A stretch of DNA of 32,000 bases from Edaphobacter aggregans (GCF_003945235.1 NZ_RSDW01000001.1:5640001-5672000); one strand, 5' to 3'; counted from the first letter of the stretch, positions 18,401-26,572 are shown. The notes: generated by a model not told the origin, from the sequence alone. Made by a program: numbers and translations.

Positions 18401-19696
18401 ATGAGGATAATTAAACAGTTGCGGAGTTTCTGGATACTGTGGGTTGCGACGATTGTTCTGGCTTCTTCCAGCGATGCGGTAGCACAAACCAGTTACAAGG
18501 TTACCGATTTGGGCCGTGGGGAAAGTGAAAATGAGGCTTGTGCCATGTCTGTCAATGATGAAGGCTGGACGGAGATCATGACGTGGAACGGGGATCCGGC
18601 GCAAAACGTGAATTTCATACAGGCGACCCTTCTAAGCGGACGCGCACTGATAGGCGTCGACGGATTCAAGTTCGACCTCGGTACGCTTGGAGGAAAGAAC
18701 AGTTGGATGAACTGGGGCGAGATCAACGACTTCGGGCAGATAGTAGGTATGTCCGAAACGGCTGTTCCCGACCCCAACGGCGAAGACATTTGTGGTTTCA
18801 ACACGCACCTTACGTGTCGCCCGTTTGTTTGGCAACTCTTTTACCTGAGCGCTCTCCCGACGCTCGGCGGAAATAACGGTCAGGCGAGCGCGATCAATAG
18901 TCGTGGACAAATCGTAGGAATGGCGGAAGACGGTACTGTGGACTCCTCATGCTCCCCTGACACGATTAATAATCGGACTCAGTTGCCGGTGATGTGGGAA
19001 AACGGCAGAGCCCACGCTCTTCCTACGCCGGTTGGAGACCCAGGCGGGTTCGCAAACTGGATCAACGATCATGGCCAGGCTGTAGGCAACACAGGGAGCT
19101 GCGGCGGGATGAGTCACGCCGTATCGTGGGAAAACGACACTGTCACCGTGCTTACGGACCTCGGAACTGGCGCTGGCGCTATCGCCTACGGCAATAACAA
19201 CCGGGGCCAAATTGTTGGGTCAGTCTTCGTCACTCCTGGCGGCGCAACCCGATATGGCGCGCTTTGGCAGAACGGCGTACTCACAAACCTTGGGACTCTG
19301 CCGGGAGATATGTCCGCCATAGCCACCGGCATCAACGACAAGGGCCAGGTAGTGGGAAGCACCTGGGACTCCAGCTTCAACTGGTCCCATGCCTTCATCT
19401 ATCAGGACGGCGTGATGACCGACCTCAACACCCTGTTTCTCAAGGGTACCAACCTCCGTGCAACCATGGCGAACAAGATCAATGAGCGCGGACAAATCTC
19501 GGGCATGGGAACGGTCCTGAGCGGGCCGGATATCGGCAAACTCCACGCCTTCTTGGCAACCCCTGTGAACGAAAGCATAGGCAGGTCGGTTGCGGATGAC
19601 GAAGCTAGACGCCCGGGATCCAATTTGCCCGCGAATGTTGGCAGCCACCATTTGCCGAGTTTCGGACCCGGCCAACTGCAGCGATTTGGTCGCTGA
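18401..19696 (+). CDS. Secreted HAF-family extracellular repeat protein.
   Basis: AAGGAGAAG Shine-Dalgarno. Signal peptide MRIIKQLRSFWILWVATIVLASSSDAVAQ. At least 7 repeats of the type LGTLGG..S.A.GIN..GQIVG, and the name-giving motifs SHAFIYQDGVMTDLNTL and KLHAFLATPV. No PEP-CTERM tail seen. Confidence 0.85.
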   Translation: MRIIKQLRSFWILWVATIVLASSSDAVAQTSYKVTDLGRGESENEACAMSVNDEGWTEIMTWNGDPAQNVNFIQATLLSGRALIGVDGFKFDLGTLGGKNSWMNWGEINDFGQIVGMSETAVPDPNGEDICGFNTHLTCRPFVWQLFYLSALPTLGGNNGQASAINSRGQIVGMAEDGTVDSSCSPDTINNRTQLPVMWENGRAHALPTPVGDPGGFANWINDHGQAVGNTGSCGGMSHAVSWENDTVTVLTDLGTGAGAIAYGNNNRGQIVGSVFVTPGGATRYGALWQNGVLTNLGTLPGDMSAIATGINDKGQVVGSTWDSSFNWSHAFIYQDGVMTDLNTLFLKGTNLRATMANKINERGQISGMGTVLSGPDIGKLHAFLATPVNESIGRSVADDEARRPGSNLPANVGSHHLPSFGPGQLQRFGR

Positions 19697-19701
19697 CAAT
19701 G

Positions 19702-19731
19702 CTGGGTCACGGCGACGTTCGCGTGACCCAG
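19702..19731 (+). terminator. Strong hairpin immediately after the HAF gene stop (possible terminator, no U-tract).
   Basis: CTGGGTCACG - 10 nt loop - CGTGACCCAG, a perfect 10 bp stem starting 6 nt after the TGA at 19694..19696. Confidence 0.35.
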
Positions 19732-19746
19732 GTTGTTCGAAAAAAT

Positions 19747-19914
19747 GCCCCTTATCTGGGCAAAAACTCGCCTTTCGAGAAGCTCATGCCAAACTTCGCC
19801 GATGCGTTGCGGGCGCATGCGTGCGCAAATGTTGAGATCGAAGTCATCGATAACAGCGCACATTACGCCGCAGATGAGCAGCCCGATGCTGTGGCTCAAC
19901 TCATCGAAACGGTA
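19747..19914 (+). pseudogene. Alpha/beta hydrolase C-terminal fragment (about 55 codons).
   Basis: APYLGKNSPFEKLMPNFADALRAHACANVEIEVIDNSAHYAADEQPDAVAQLIE resembles the last strand-helix of alpha/beta-fold hydrolases (catalytic His region ..xGH/AH..xxExP....I..F). No upstream part of the fold is present. Confidence 0.45.
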
Positions 19915-20082
19915 TGCCTCGTTATAACGACGATTACAAAATGTTATGGGAGGCACACAAAGAACTTACGTACAGTCGCGGGGAGGGAAAGGAAGCGTGA
20001 GCCGAGCAACGGTGCTCGACGAGCTAGATATCAGTTCGACATCACAAAATCTGCATTCACAAGAATTTCAGGAGAAAACCGG

Positions 20083-20826
20083 ATGAAACGAGAGACAGTT
20101 AAGATGATGGCATCGTGGGCTTTGGCGCTGGCTCTTGCTCTGAGTACAGCCCGGAACGCCCAGGCACAGGACGCCAAGAATCCGTATCCGAGCATGGCTC
20201 CGATTGAAAAGTATCTGATGGACCGAGGCGCCGAGGTCGCCTTGGCGCGAAGCGCGGCGCCGTCATCCATTTCCCGCGATGCCACGGTTGTAATCCTAGG
20301 GAAAAATGGCTACGAAACGGCGGTCGAAGGCAAGAACCGGCTTTGTCTGCATTGTAGAGCGCGGTTGGATGAATTCATTCAACAGCTCAGAGTTTTGGAG
20401 CCCTATGACTCGTGGCGAGGAGTGCTTCAATCCCCCGGCCGCGCGTACGGTCGTGCCGTACACCTACTTCAGGACAAAATTAGTCTGGGCGGGAAAATCG
20501 AAAGCTGATCAAGCAAAGTATTGAGATCGCGATGGAAAAAAAGAATTGCCTGCTCTCGAAGCCGGGGCGATGTGCTTCATGTTGTCGAAAGATGCATATC
20601 TTAATGATGGCGGTGGGCACAACATGGCCCATCTCATGTTTTATACGCCGCTCATTGATGGTGCAGTATGGGGCGCAAACCCGATAGACGACTCAAACCA
20701 TGTCTCGTTTAAATTCCGAACTCTCCGATATTTCTAACTCCACAGTTCCTAGGTGACCCGGAACCGATGGACAATTTCGTCGTTCCCACCGGCGTGTGGT
20801 CGGATGGAACTCCGGATCAGATGTAA
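20083..20826 (+). pseudogene. Secreted conserved hypothetical protein gene with at least three frame disruptions.
   Basis: AGGAGA Shine-Dalgarno plus ATG at 20083 and signal peptide MKRETVKMMASWALALALALSTARNAQA. The reading continues GKN|GFVCIVERGWMNSFNSSEFWSP...FNPPAARTVVPYTYF after a shift near 20335-20340. There is a stop or double shift between about 20506 and the A7 run at 20536-20542, then ELPALEAGAMCFMLSKDAYLNDGGGHNMAHLMFYTPL. A further shift near 20708-20716 precedes ...PQFLGDPEPMDNFVVPTGVWSDGTPDQM*. Confidence 0.65.
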
Positions 20827-20877
20827 CGAAGGCCATTTGAGTACAGCCTCGGAATCATTGAGTGGCGCAGGAGCAGG

Positions 20878-22137
20878 ATGAAAACTGGATTCGAGAAATC
20901 GGAAAGGACAGTCGCGCAGTGCCCGAGGCTTCTGCTGGCCGCGTTGTTTTTACTCTCCGTAATTGCACTGGGACAAACGCAACCGCCGGCAAAGCCGGGA
21001 CCTGCCCCAATCCGGCCGTTCAAAATGCATGTTCCTGACCGCGTTCTAATTGATCTTCGCCGCCGTTTGGCGGAAGCCAACTGGCCCGATCAACTTCCGG
21101 GCACGACCTGGGAGTACGGCGCCGACATCAAGAAGGTTCGGGAACTCGCGGACTATTGGCAGAACGGCTACGACTGGCGTGCGCAAGAAGCGAAGATCAA
21201 TCAGTTTGACCAGTTCACAACGGAAATTGATGGACAGCAGATCTATTTTATCCATCAGCGCTCTCCTCGCCCCGACGCTATACCGTTGATGCTGATTCAC
21301 GGATGGCCCGGCTCGATTTTGGAGTTTGAGAAGCTCATTGGGCCGCTCACCGATCCCAAGGACAAAAATAGCCCGGCATTTGACGTTATCATTCCTTCGC
21401 TCCCTGGCTTTGGATATTCCGGACCCACCACAACCCGTGGCTGGGGCCCACAGCGTATGGCGAAGGCTTTAGTTGTTCTGATGGATCGTTTGGGCTATTC
21501 CAAATTCGGCATCCAGGGTGGTGACTGGGGTTCGGCAATAGCCCAAGACATGGCTTACGAGGCGCCCACGCACGTGATCGGGTTGCATCTGAATCAGATT
21601 TACGTGCCACCGCCGAACCAGGAAGCCGTTGCGAAAATGAGCGATGCTGAGCGGAAACGGTATTCCTACTTTGACCGGGAAGAGAGCAGCTTCTTTTTCC
21701 TCCAGGCCAGTGAACCGCAGACTCTTGCCTACGCCCTTACTGACTCACCAGTGGGGTGGCTGGCCTGGATGATTGGCAAATTTCAACTGCTTACGGACCA
21801 CAACGGCGATTTTCTTACGGCTGTGGATCGCGACACATTTTTAACCGATGTTACGCTCTATTGGGCGACCGGCACGATCGGCTCCGCCATGCGAATTTAT
21901 CGTGAGAACCGGCTGACCAGAGAGGAAATGGCGCCGACGCCACACCTGGAGACTCCTGTGGGGTATGCGGACTTTCCGAAGGAGGTGGCTGTCCCGCCAT
22001 TTAGCTGGATTACTCAAACACACAACATAGTACAAAAAACTCGCATGCCGAAGGGCGGACACTTCGCGGCTCTGGAGCAGCCCGATCTCTTGGTTGCCGA
22101 TATACGGAAGTTCTTTGCAAAGATTGATCAGAAGTAA
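20878..22137 (+). CDS. Epoxide hydrolase (EHN N-terminal domain plus alpha/beta hydrolase fold) with a predicted signal peptide.
   Basis: RPFKMHVPDRVLIDLRRRLAEANWPDQLPGTTWEYGADIKKVRELADYWQNGYDWRAQEAKINQF.QFTTEIDGQQIYFIH...PLMLIHGWPGSILEF...IQGGDWGS are signatures of microsomal-type epoxide hydrolases. N-terminus ...CPRLLLAALFLLSVIALGQTQ. Confidence 0.9.
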   Translation: MKTGFEKSERTVAQCPRLLLAALFLLSVIALGQTQPPAKPGPAPIRPFKMHVPDRVLIDLRRRLAEANWPDQLPGTTWEYGADIKKVRELADYWQNGYDWRAQEAKINQFDQFTTEIDGQQIYFIHQRSPRPDAIPLMLIHGWPGSILEFEKLIGPLTDPKDKNSPAFDVIIPSLPGFGYSGPTTTRGWGPQRMAKALVVLMDRLGYSKFGIQGGDWGSAIAQDMAYEAPTHVIGLHLNQIYVPPPNQEAVAKMSDAERKRYSYFDREESSFFFLQASEPQTLAYALTDSPVGWLAWMIGKFQLLTDHNGDFLTAVDRDTFLTDVTLYWATGTIGSAMRIYRENRLTREEMAPTPHLETPVGYADFPKEVAVPPFSWITQTHNIVQKTRMPKGGHFAALEQPDLLVADIRKFFAKIDQK

Positions 22138-22192
22138 GCCGAAATTGCAGCCTGATACGAAATGCATGCGAGTCAGATTGGCCCTCTAGATC

Positions 22193-22585
22193 TTGGTGCC
22201 AAACCATATGTCCGCCAGAAATCTCAGATCGAGCGACCTTCCAGAACTGACAAGAATCACTGCGGGAGCAATCGCTCTCTTCGCGTCCAATCATCATCGT
22301 CAAACCGAGGAGGGAGTTGTCTTTCGGCGTGTCAGCCGAACAGGAACTGTCTGGGGTCCGAAGATAAGCGAAAAGCTTGTCTGGTGGGTGGTCCGGGAGA
22401 GGGCAAAAGCCTCAGGCATCGAGAAGATAGCACCTCATGATCTCCGGCGCACCTGCGCTCGGTTGTGTCATGCTGCCGGAGGAGAACTTGAGCAGATTCA
22501 GTTCCTGCTTGGCCACCGCTCAGTCGAGACCACCGAACGATATCTGGGTTGCCGCCAAAGGCTCTATATGCGGTCACGAAATTGA
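22193..22585 (+). pseudogene. Tyrosine recombinase / phage-type integrase fragment: catalytic C-terminal region with a degenerate N-side and a clipped 3' end.
   Basis: VFRRVSRTGTVWGPKISEKLVWWVVRERAKASGIEKIAPHDLRRTCARLCHAAGGELEQIQFLLGHRSVETTERYLG carries the HxLR...LLGH...TxxY catalytic signature. The sequence after ...CRQRL (about 22563) is unrelated. The upstream part lacks the first catalytic Arg region and SAM-like domain. Confidence 0.75.
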
Positions 22586-23174
22586 TTCCATGGAAAGCGA
22601 AAACAGTTTGTTGATGCAGAATGTCCCAAATCCACGTAGCGCGGCCGAAGCGCTGGGCCGAAACAGGATCGAGTAGATTGTGCAGCGCGATAATTGCGAT
22701 GCTAATGCCCATAAGAGCAGGCATCGGGAGATAAATTAGTCCGGCAAGCGCGACCATGGAAAGCCCAATCGCCCAAAGGATCATTAGCATCACAGGATTC
22801 CTTGTGAAGCTTATCTGTGACAGAAGGATCAGACGCAGTACTGGGACCTCAAGAACAATCAGCCAAACACCACGACTAATCAGCAGCCGTGACAGCTCGC
22901 CTTTCGAGTGATGCCCGCGTGTCATCCATAAATATGCGCCCAAGCCGGCCGTGAGCATGAAAACCGGCGCGCAAAAATGCGTGATCCAACGGGTAAAAAG
23001 ATAGTAGGAGTCGTCCGTGTCAAGTCAGTAGGCAAGAACTGCTGCGCACTGCGGGCCACGTAGTCGCGAATGTGATCGATCGCCATCAACATCATGATGG
23101 CCCCCGCGAAGAGCATCCACCGACTGAATGCGAGGTACCGGTACAGACTGAGCGGGAATCGACGAAGCGGCCAT
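22563..23174 (-). pseudogene. DUF1624 / heparan-alpha-glucosaminide N-acetyltransferase-like membrane protein gene with two homopolymer frameshifts and 3' truncation.
   Basis: MAASSIPAQSVPVPRIQSVDALRG (ATG at 23174) shifts at a C5/G5 run (23101-23105) into AIMMLMAIDHIRDYVARSAQQFLPTDLTRTTPTIF. It shifts again at an A5/T5 run (22995-22999) into (F)TRWITHFCAPVFMLTAGLGAYLWM...ALHNLLDPV...FHGINFVTAY. It then runs into the integrase fragment. Confidence 0.7.
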
Positions 23175-23274
23175 GACTTTGCATTTTATTTCTTTATGCC
23201 AGCAAGCGGCTCGCGAGCGACTCGCCCTGCAATGTTATCTTGACAGCATCGAGAAAGCCGACGAAGAACAATAA

Positions 23275-23600
23275 GCAAACCTTAATCCATGTGCCGTGCA
23301 AGGTGCGCTTGAGAAGCTGAAACAGCATCCTGAACCGGACGCTGGCTACATGTCGGTTCGCCAGACCGCCCTTCCGGCGTACAACGTCCAGACGGCCGTC
23401 CACGCGAACATGCATTGATCGTGGCGCACGCTGGCGTACTCGATGCCTCTGATATTCGCCGTCTGAAGCCCATGGCTGAGGTTGCAAAGAAAGCACTTGA
23501 AGCAGACAGTTTTCAGGTAGTAGCCGACGCTGGCGTCAATTCTAGCTCGCAGAATGCTCCGATAAAAGCAATCTTCCTTTCGCGGCAGTCCGTTCGCTAG
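23275..23600 (+). mobile_element. Internal fragment of a DDE transposase (IS5/IS1182-like), frameshifted and truncated on both sides.
   Basis: ...HPEPDAGYMSVRQTALPAYNVQTAVHANMH|(L)IVAHAGVLDASDIRRLKPMAEVAKKALEADSFQVVADAG... matches the GYNxQxAVD...IVA...D...L.PM......LG....VVAD(A/R)GY core as I remember it. Frame switch near 23414-23416. No ends or inverted repeats identified. Confidence 0.55.
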
Positions 23601-24916
23601 GTCATCTTCGATTGGATGGGTTCGTGCACATGATCAGGAGTGGTAGTGTTCTCCTCTGGGCAATTCGGACTCTCTTCAAGCCGAGCCGCCTGTGCCATTA
23701 AATAGTTCTGTTCGGGAATACTTGTCGTACGACTTGCCGCAATCCGGTAGTGTCTGACGGCGGTTTCATGATCGCCCAGCATCTCGAGCAAATGGGCACG
23801 AACCGCGTTTAGACGATGGTGCTCGGCAAGCCGATTATCGCTTTCGAGGGGCTTGAGCAGTTCGAGACCTTTGGACGGGCCGTGTACCATGGCGGTTGCA
23901 ATCGCATGATTGAGTGTCACCATGGGGCTGGGAGACACGCGTTTCAGCAATTCGTACAAAGCCAGGATTTGAGGCCAATCCGTGTCTTCAGCTCGTGCCG
24001 TTTCGTCATGAACTGCAGCGATCGCCGCCTGCAACTGATAGAGACCCACGGATCCTTTGGATAGCGCGGCGGTGAGGAACTCGATGCCTTCGGAGATCTC
24101 GGTGCGGTCCCACAGACTTCGGTCCTGCTTGTCAAGGGGGATCAATTCCTCATCGGGCCCTGTTCGTGCTGCACGACGTGCGTCGGTCAACAACATGAGC
24201 GCCAACAGACCTGCTACTTCTGCATCATCGGGAAGCAGATGTTTTGCACAGCGAGTCAATCGGATCGCCTCACGTGCCAAATCGAGTCGCTGCAAGTGTG
24301 CTCCGATGCTGCTGGTGTAACCTTCATTGAAGATCAGGTAAAGCACATGGAGAACTGCGGGCAGCCGTTCAGCGCGGTCCTGGGGAGGAAGCAGACTGAA
24401 TGACACACCGGAAGCCTTGATGCTTTGCTTCGCGCGGCTGATCCGCTGCGCCATGGTCGCCTCGGGAACCAGGAAGGCATTGGCAATTTCCGCCGTAGTT
24501 AGACCGCCGACGGCACGTAGCGTCAGGGCAATCGTCGAGGACGAATTCAGGGCGGGGTGGCAGCACATGAACAGCAAAATCAGCGTGTCATTTGGGTCCA
24601 TGTCCATGTCTGGCTCGATTTCGTCGGCAAGCACCATGGTGTCGATATCCCGGGCGACCGAGTTCTCTCTCTCACGACGAGCAATTTCGCTGCGCACCTG
24701 GTCGGTCATGCGGCGCGATGCGACCTGAATCAACCAGCCGCGTGGATTCTCGGGAACACCCTGTTTCGGCCACTGCGTAAACGCGGCAAGCATGGCCTCC
24801 TGTAGGGCGTCCTCGGCCGCCGCGAAATCGCGAAATCGGCGCACGACGGCTCCCAGCACTTGGGGAGCGAGTTCGCGCAGGTGCTCGGCGAACGAATCCG
24901 GAAGCGTCTCTTTCAT
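23597..24916 (-). CDS. ECF-type RNA polymerase sigma factor with a long C-terminal helical/TPR-like extension (COG4941 / ECF42-like).
   Basis: 439 aa. Region 2 (AEDALQEAMLAAFTQW...NPRGWLIQVASRRMTDQVR) and region 4 (ALTLRAVGGLTTAEIANAFLVPEATMAQRISRAKQSI), then about 240 aa of helical repeats. Start overlaps the YCII gene stop (ATGA). Confidence 0.9.
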   Translation of the reverse strand: MKETLPDSFAEHLRELAPQVLGAVVRRFRDFAAAEDALQEAMLAAFTQWPKQGVPENPRGWLIQVASRRMTDQVRSEIARRERENSVARDIDTMVLADEIEPDMDMDPNDTLILLFMCCHPALNSSSTIALTLRAVGGLTTAEIANAFLVPEATMAQRISRAKQSIKASGVSFSLLPPQDRAERLPAVLHVLYLIFNEGYTSSIGAHLQRLDLAREAIRLTRCAKHLLPDDAEVAGLLALMLLTDARRAARTGPDEELIPLDKQDRSLWDRTEISEGIEFLTAALSKGSVGLYQLQAAIAAVHDETARAEDTDWPQILALYELLKRVSPSPMVTLNHAIATAMVHGPSKGLELLKPLESDNRLAEHHRLNAVRAHLLEMLGDHETAVRHYRIAASRTTSIPEQNYLMAQAARLEESPNCPEENTTTPDHVHEPIQSKMT

Positions 24917-25308
24917 GGCAGGTCGCTGGCTCCGACAGTCATCGCTTGCCGCACTTCGATGGGCATATTCAATGGCAGCCCACCCGGCCCGGGTGCCCCT
25001 GACCAGATTGCGGCAATCTCATAGGCCCGTTCCGTGGTATCGACGTCCACCATCAGGTAGCCGGCCAGAAACTCCTTTGATTCCGGGAACACGCCGTCGG
25101 TGACAGGTACCCCGTCTTTGCCCGCCCTCACAACCCTGGCCTGATCCGGAAGTGTCAGGCCGTCCGCCGCCACAAACTCTCCGGACTCACCGAGTGTCCT
25201 ATTCAAGTCCTTCACAAAGGCGAAGTTCGCTGCAATGTCCTTATGGGACCACGCGCCAAAAGCTCCATAACCTGCTTTCGGGATGTGCATCATCAAGATG
25301 TATTTCAT
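24913..25308 (-). CDS. YCII-related (DGPF-type) protein.
   Basis: 131 aa. MKYILMMH...; DGVFPESKEFLAGYLMVDVDTTERAYEIAA corresponds to the DGPFxExKExxxGY motif of YCII/DGPF proteins. Translationally coupled to the sigma factor. Confidence 0.87.
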   Translation of the reverse strand: MKYILMMHIPKAGYGAFGAWSHKDIAANFAFVKDLNRTLGESGEFVAADGLTLPDQARVVRAGKDGVPVTDGVFPESKEFLAGYLMVDVDTTERAYEIAAIWSGAPGPGGLPLNMPIEVRQAMTVGASDLP

Positions 25309-25433
25309 CTCGCTGTTTCCTTTCGATTTTCGCTAGGTTCGCGGTTCGTCGACCACGATATTTCGAGAGGCCGATACCGGTGCCTGGGTCCGATTACGGG
25401 GCCCAGGAATTGCGCATCGACACGCTCAGTCTA

Positions 25434-25973
25434 CTAGCTGTTTTTGGCAGCTTGAAACATCCACCGAACTCCGAATTTGTCGTTCAGAGCTCCGTAAATG
25501 CCAAAGAACGTCTCTTTCAGGGGGTCGTCGACCTCGGCTTCTTCGGAGAGCTTTTCGAAAAGAGCCTTTAACTCCTGGGGCGTCCCACCGCTCAGGTAGA
25601 GACAAGCCGTGTTGCCGGGAATGCGAGGCCGGTCAAGCCGAAGCCAGTCCGACGCTGAAATCTCCACACTCCCGCTCTTCAGTCGTGCGTTGATGGTTTT
25701 CTCCTGCTGAACCGCAGGCATGTGATCCTTCGCCGGCGAATCCTTCACTTTCATGGAAGTCAGTTCTCCACCGAAGCAGGATTTGTAAAACTCCATTGCC
25801 TGATGGCAATTGCCATCGAACAAAAGGTATGGTGTCAAGGTTGTCATTTGATTTCCTCCTGTTGCTTGTGTGCTGGTGTTTGCCATGGAACGAGCCGGTA
25901 AAGCCGCCAGAGCCGCAATGGATACCGCGGATGCGGCAAATTGGCGACGAGAGAATACGTTGCTTCTGGGCAT
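25434..25973 (-). CDS. VOC-superfamily (PhnB-like) protein with a twin-arginine signal peptide.
   Basis: Start set at the internal ATG (MPRSNVFSRRQFAASAVSIAALAALPARSMA), preceded by AAGGAAG. Mature part TLTPYLLFDGNCHQAMEFYKSCFGGEL...DKFGVRWMF is the PhnB/3-demethylubiquinone-methyltransferase-like VOC pattern. Confidence 0.8.
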   Translation of the reverse strand: MPRSNVFSRRQFAASAVSIAALAALPARSMANTSTQATGGNQMTTLTPYLLFDGNCHQAMEFYKSCFGGELTSMKVKDSPAKDHMPAVQQEKTINARLKSGSVEISASDWLRLDRPRIPGNTACLYLSGGTPQELKALFEKLSEEAEVDDPLKETFFGIYGALNDKFGVRWMFQAAKNS

Positions 25974-26268
25974 GTTCGTCTTCCTTTTCTCGAAGTGTGG
26001 CAGAGATTTTGCGATCTCCGCTTTCATCCTGTAGTCGGATCCGTCCTGCCATTCTCTACATCGCGCGAAAGAAAAGTTTTCCGTGGGAAAGGATCGACTC
26101 TTCCATGTCGATTCTCCAACCCAGAACGATATAAGGGTGGAGGTCGGGTGATGATGACCGCCTCGGCAAAGACAACGAGGAGCGTTGGCGGCCCGCCGTA
26201 GCAAAGATCTTGGAGCTGCTGGAGGAGTAGGACCACACCGGACTCCCGAGTGGTAGGCTGTTTGCATT

Positions 26269-26478
26269 ATGGACATCATGCTTATATTTCACCCACCGAA
26301 AAGCAAAGCTAAGGTCGCTTTTTCGCGGCAGTTGAAAGAATCTCAACTCGGACTTGTTCCGAGTATCGGAGATGAAGTGGTCGTCAGGGGGCAAAGATGG
26401 AAAACGACCCGCAAAGCCTTCAACTTTGACCCAAAAGCCGGTGCTACGATCGAATTCACGACTGAGCTGGTTGAGTAA
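26269..26478 (+). CDS. Small hypothetical protein (69 aa) whose stop overlaps the start of the SRAP remnant.
   Basis: ORF only. No convincing Shine-Dalgarno and no recognised motif. The TAATG overlap with the following MCGRY start suggests former coupling. Confidence 0.25.
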   Translation: MDIMLIFHPPKSKAKVAFSRQLKESQLGLVPSIGDEVVVRGQRWKTTRKAFNFDPKAGATIEFTTELVE

Positions 26479-26545
26479 TGTGCGGCCGCTACTACCGACG
26501 CTCCGACAAGCAGCGCATCGCTGAAGCTTTCCATCTCGCCCGTAG
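26478..26545 (+). pseudogene. SOS-response-associated peptidase (SRAP/YedK-like) N-terminal stub.
   Basis: MCGRYYRRSDKQRIAEAFHL is the canonical SRAP N-terminus (catalytic Cys2). After about 22 codons the frame is just the antisense of the convergent S9 peptidase gene (stop at 26573). The remaining 200 or so codons are missing. Confidence 0.55.
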
Positions 26546-26572
26546 CTCTTGTGCCTGCCGGTCTAATGTCGT

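Noticed and set aside
23194-23496. 100-aa minus-strand ORF.
   Set aside because: The opposite strand carries the recognisable DDE transposase fragment. This ORF is its shadow.
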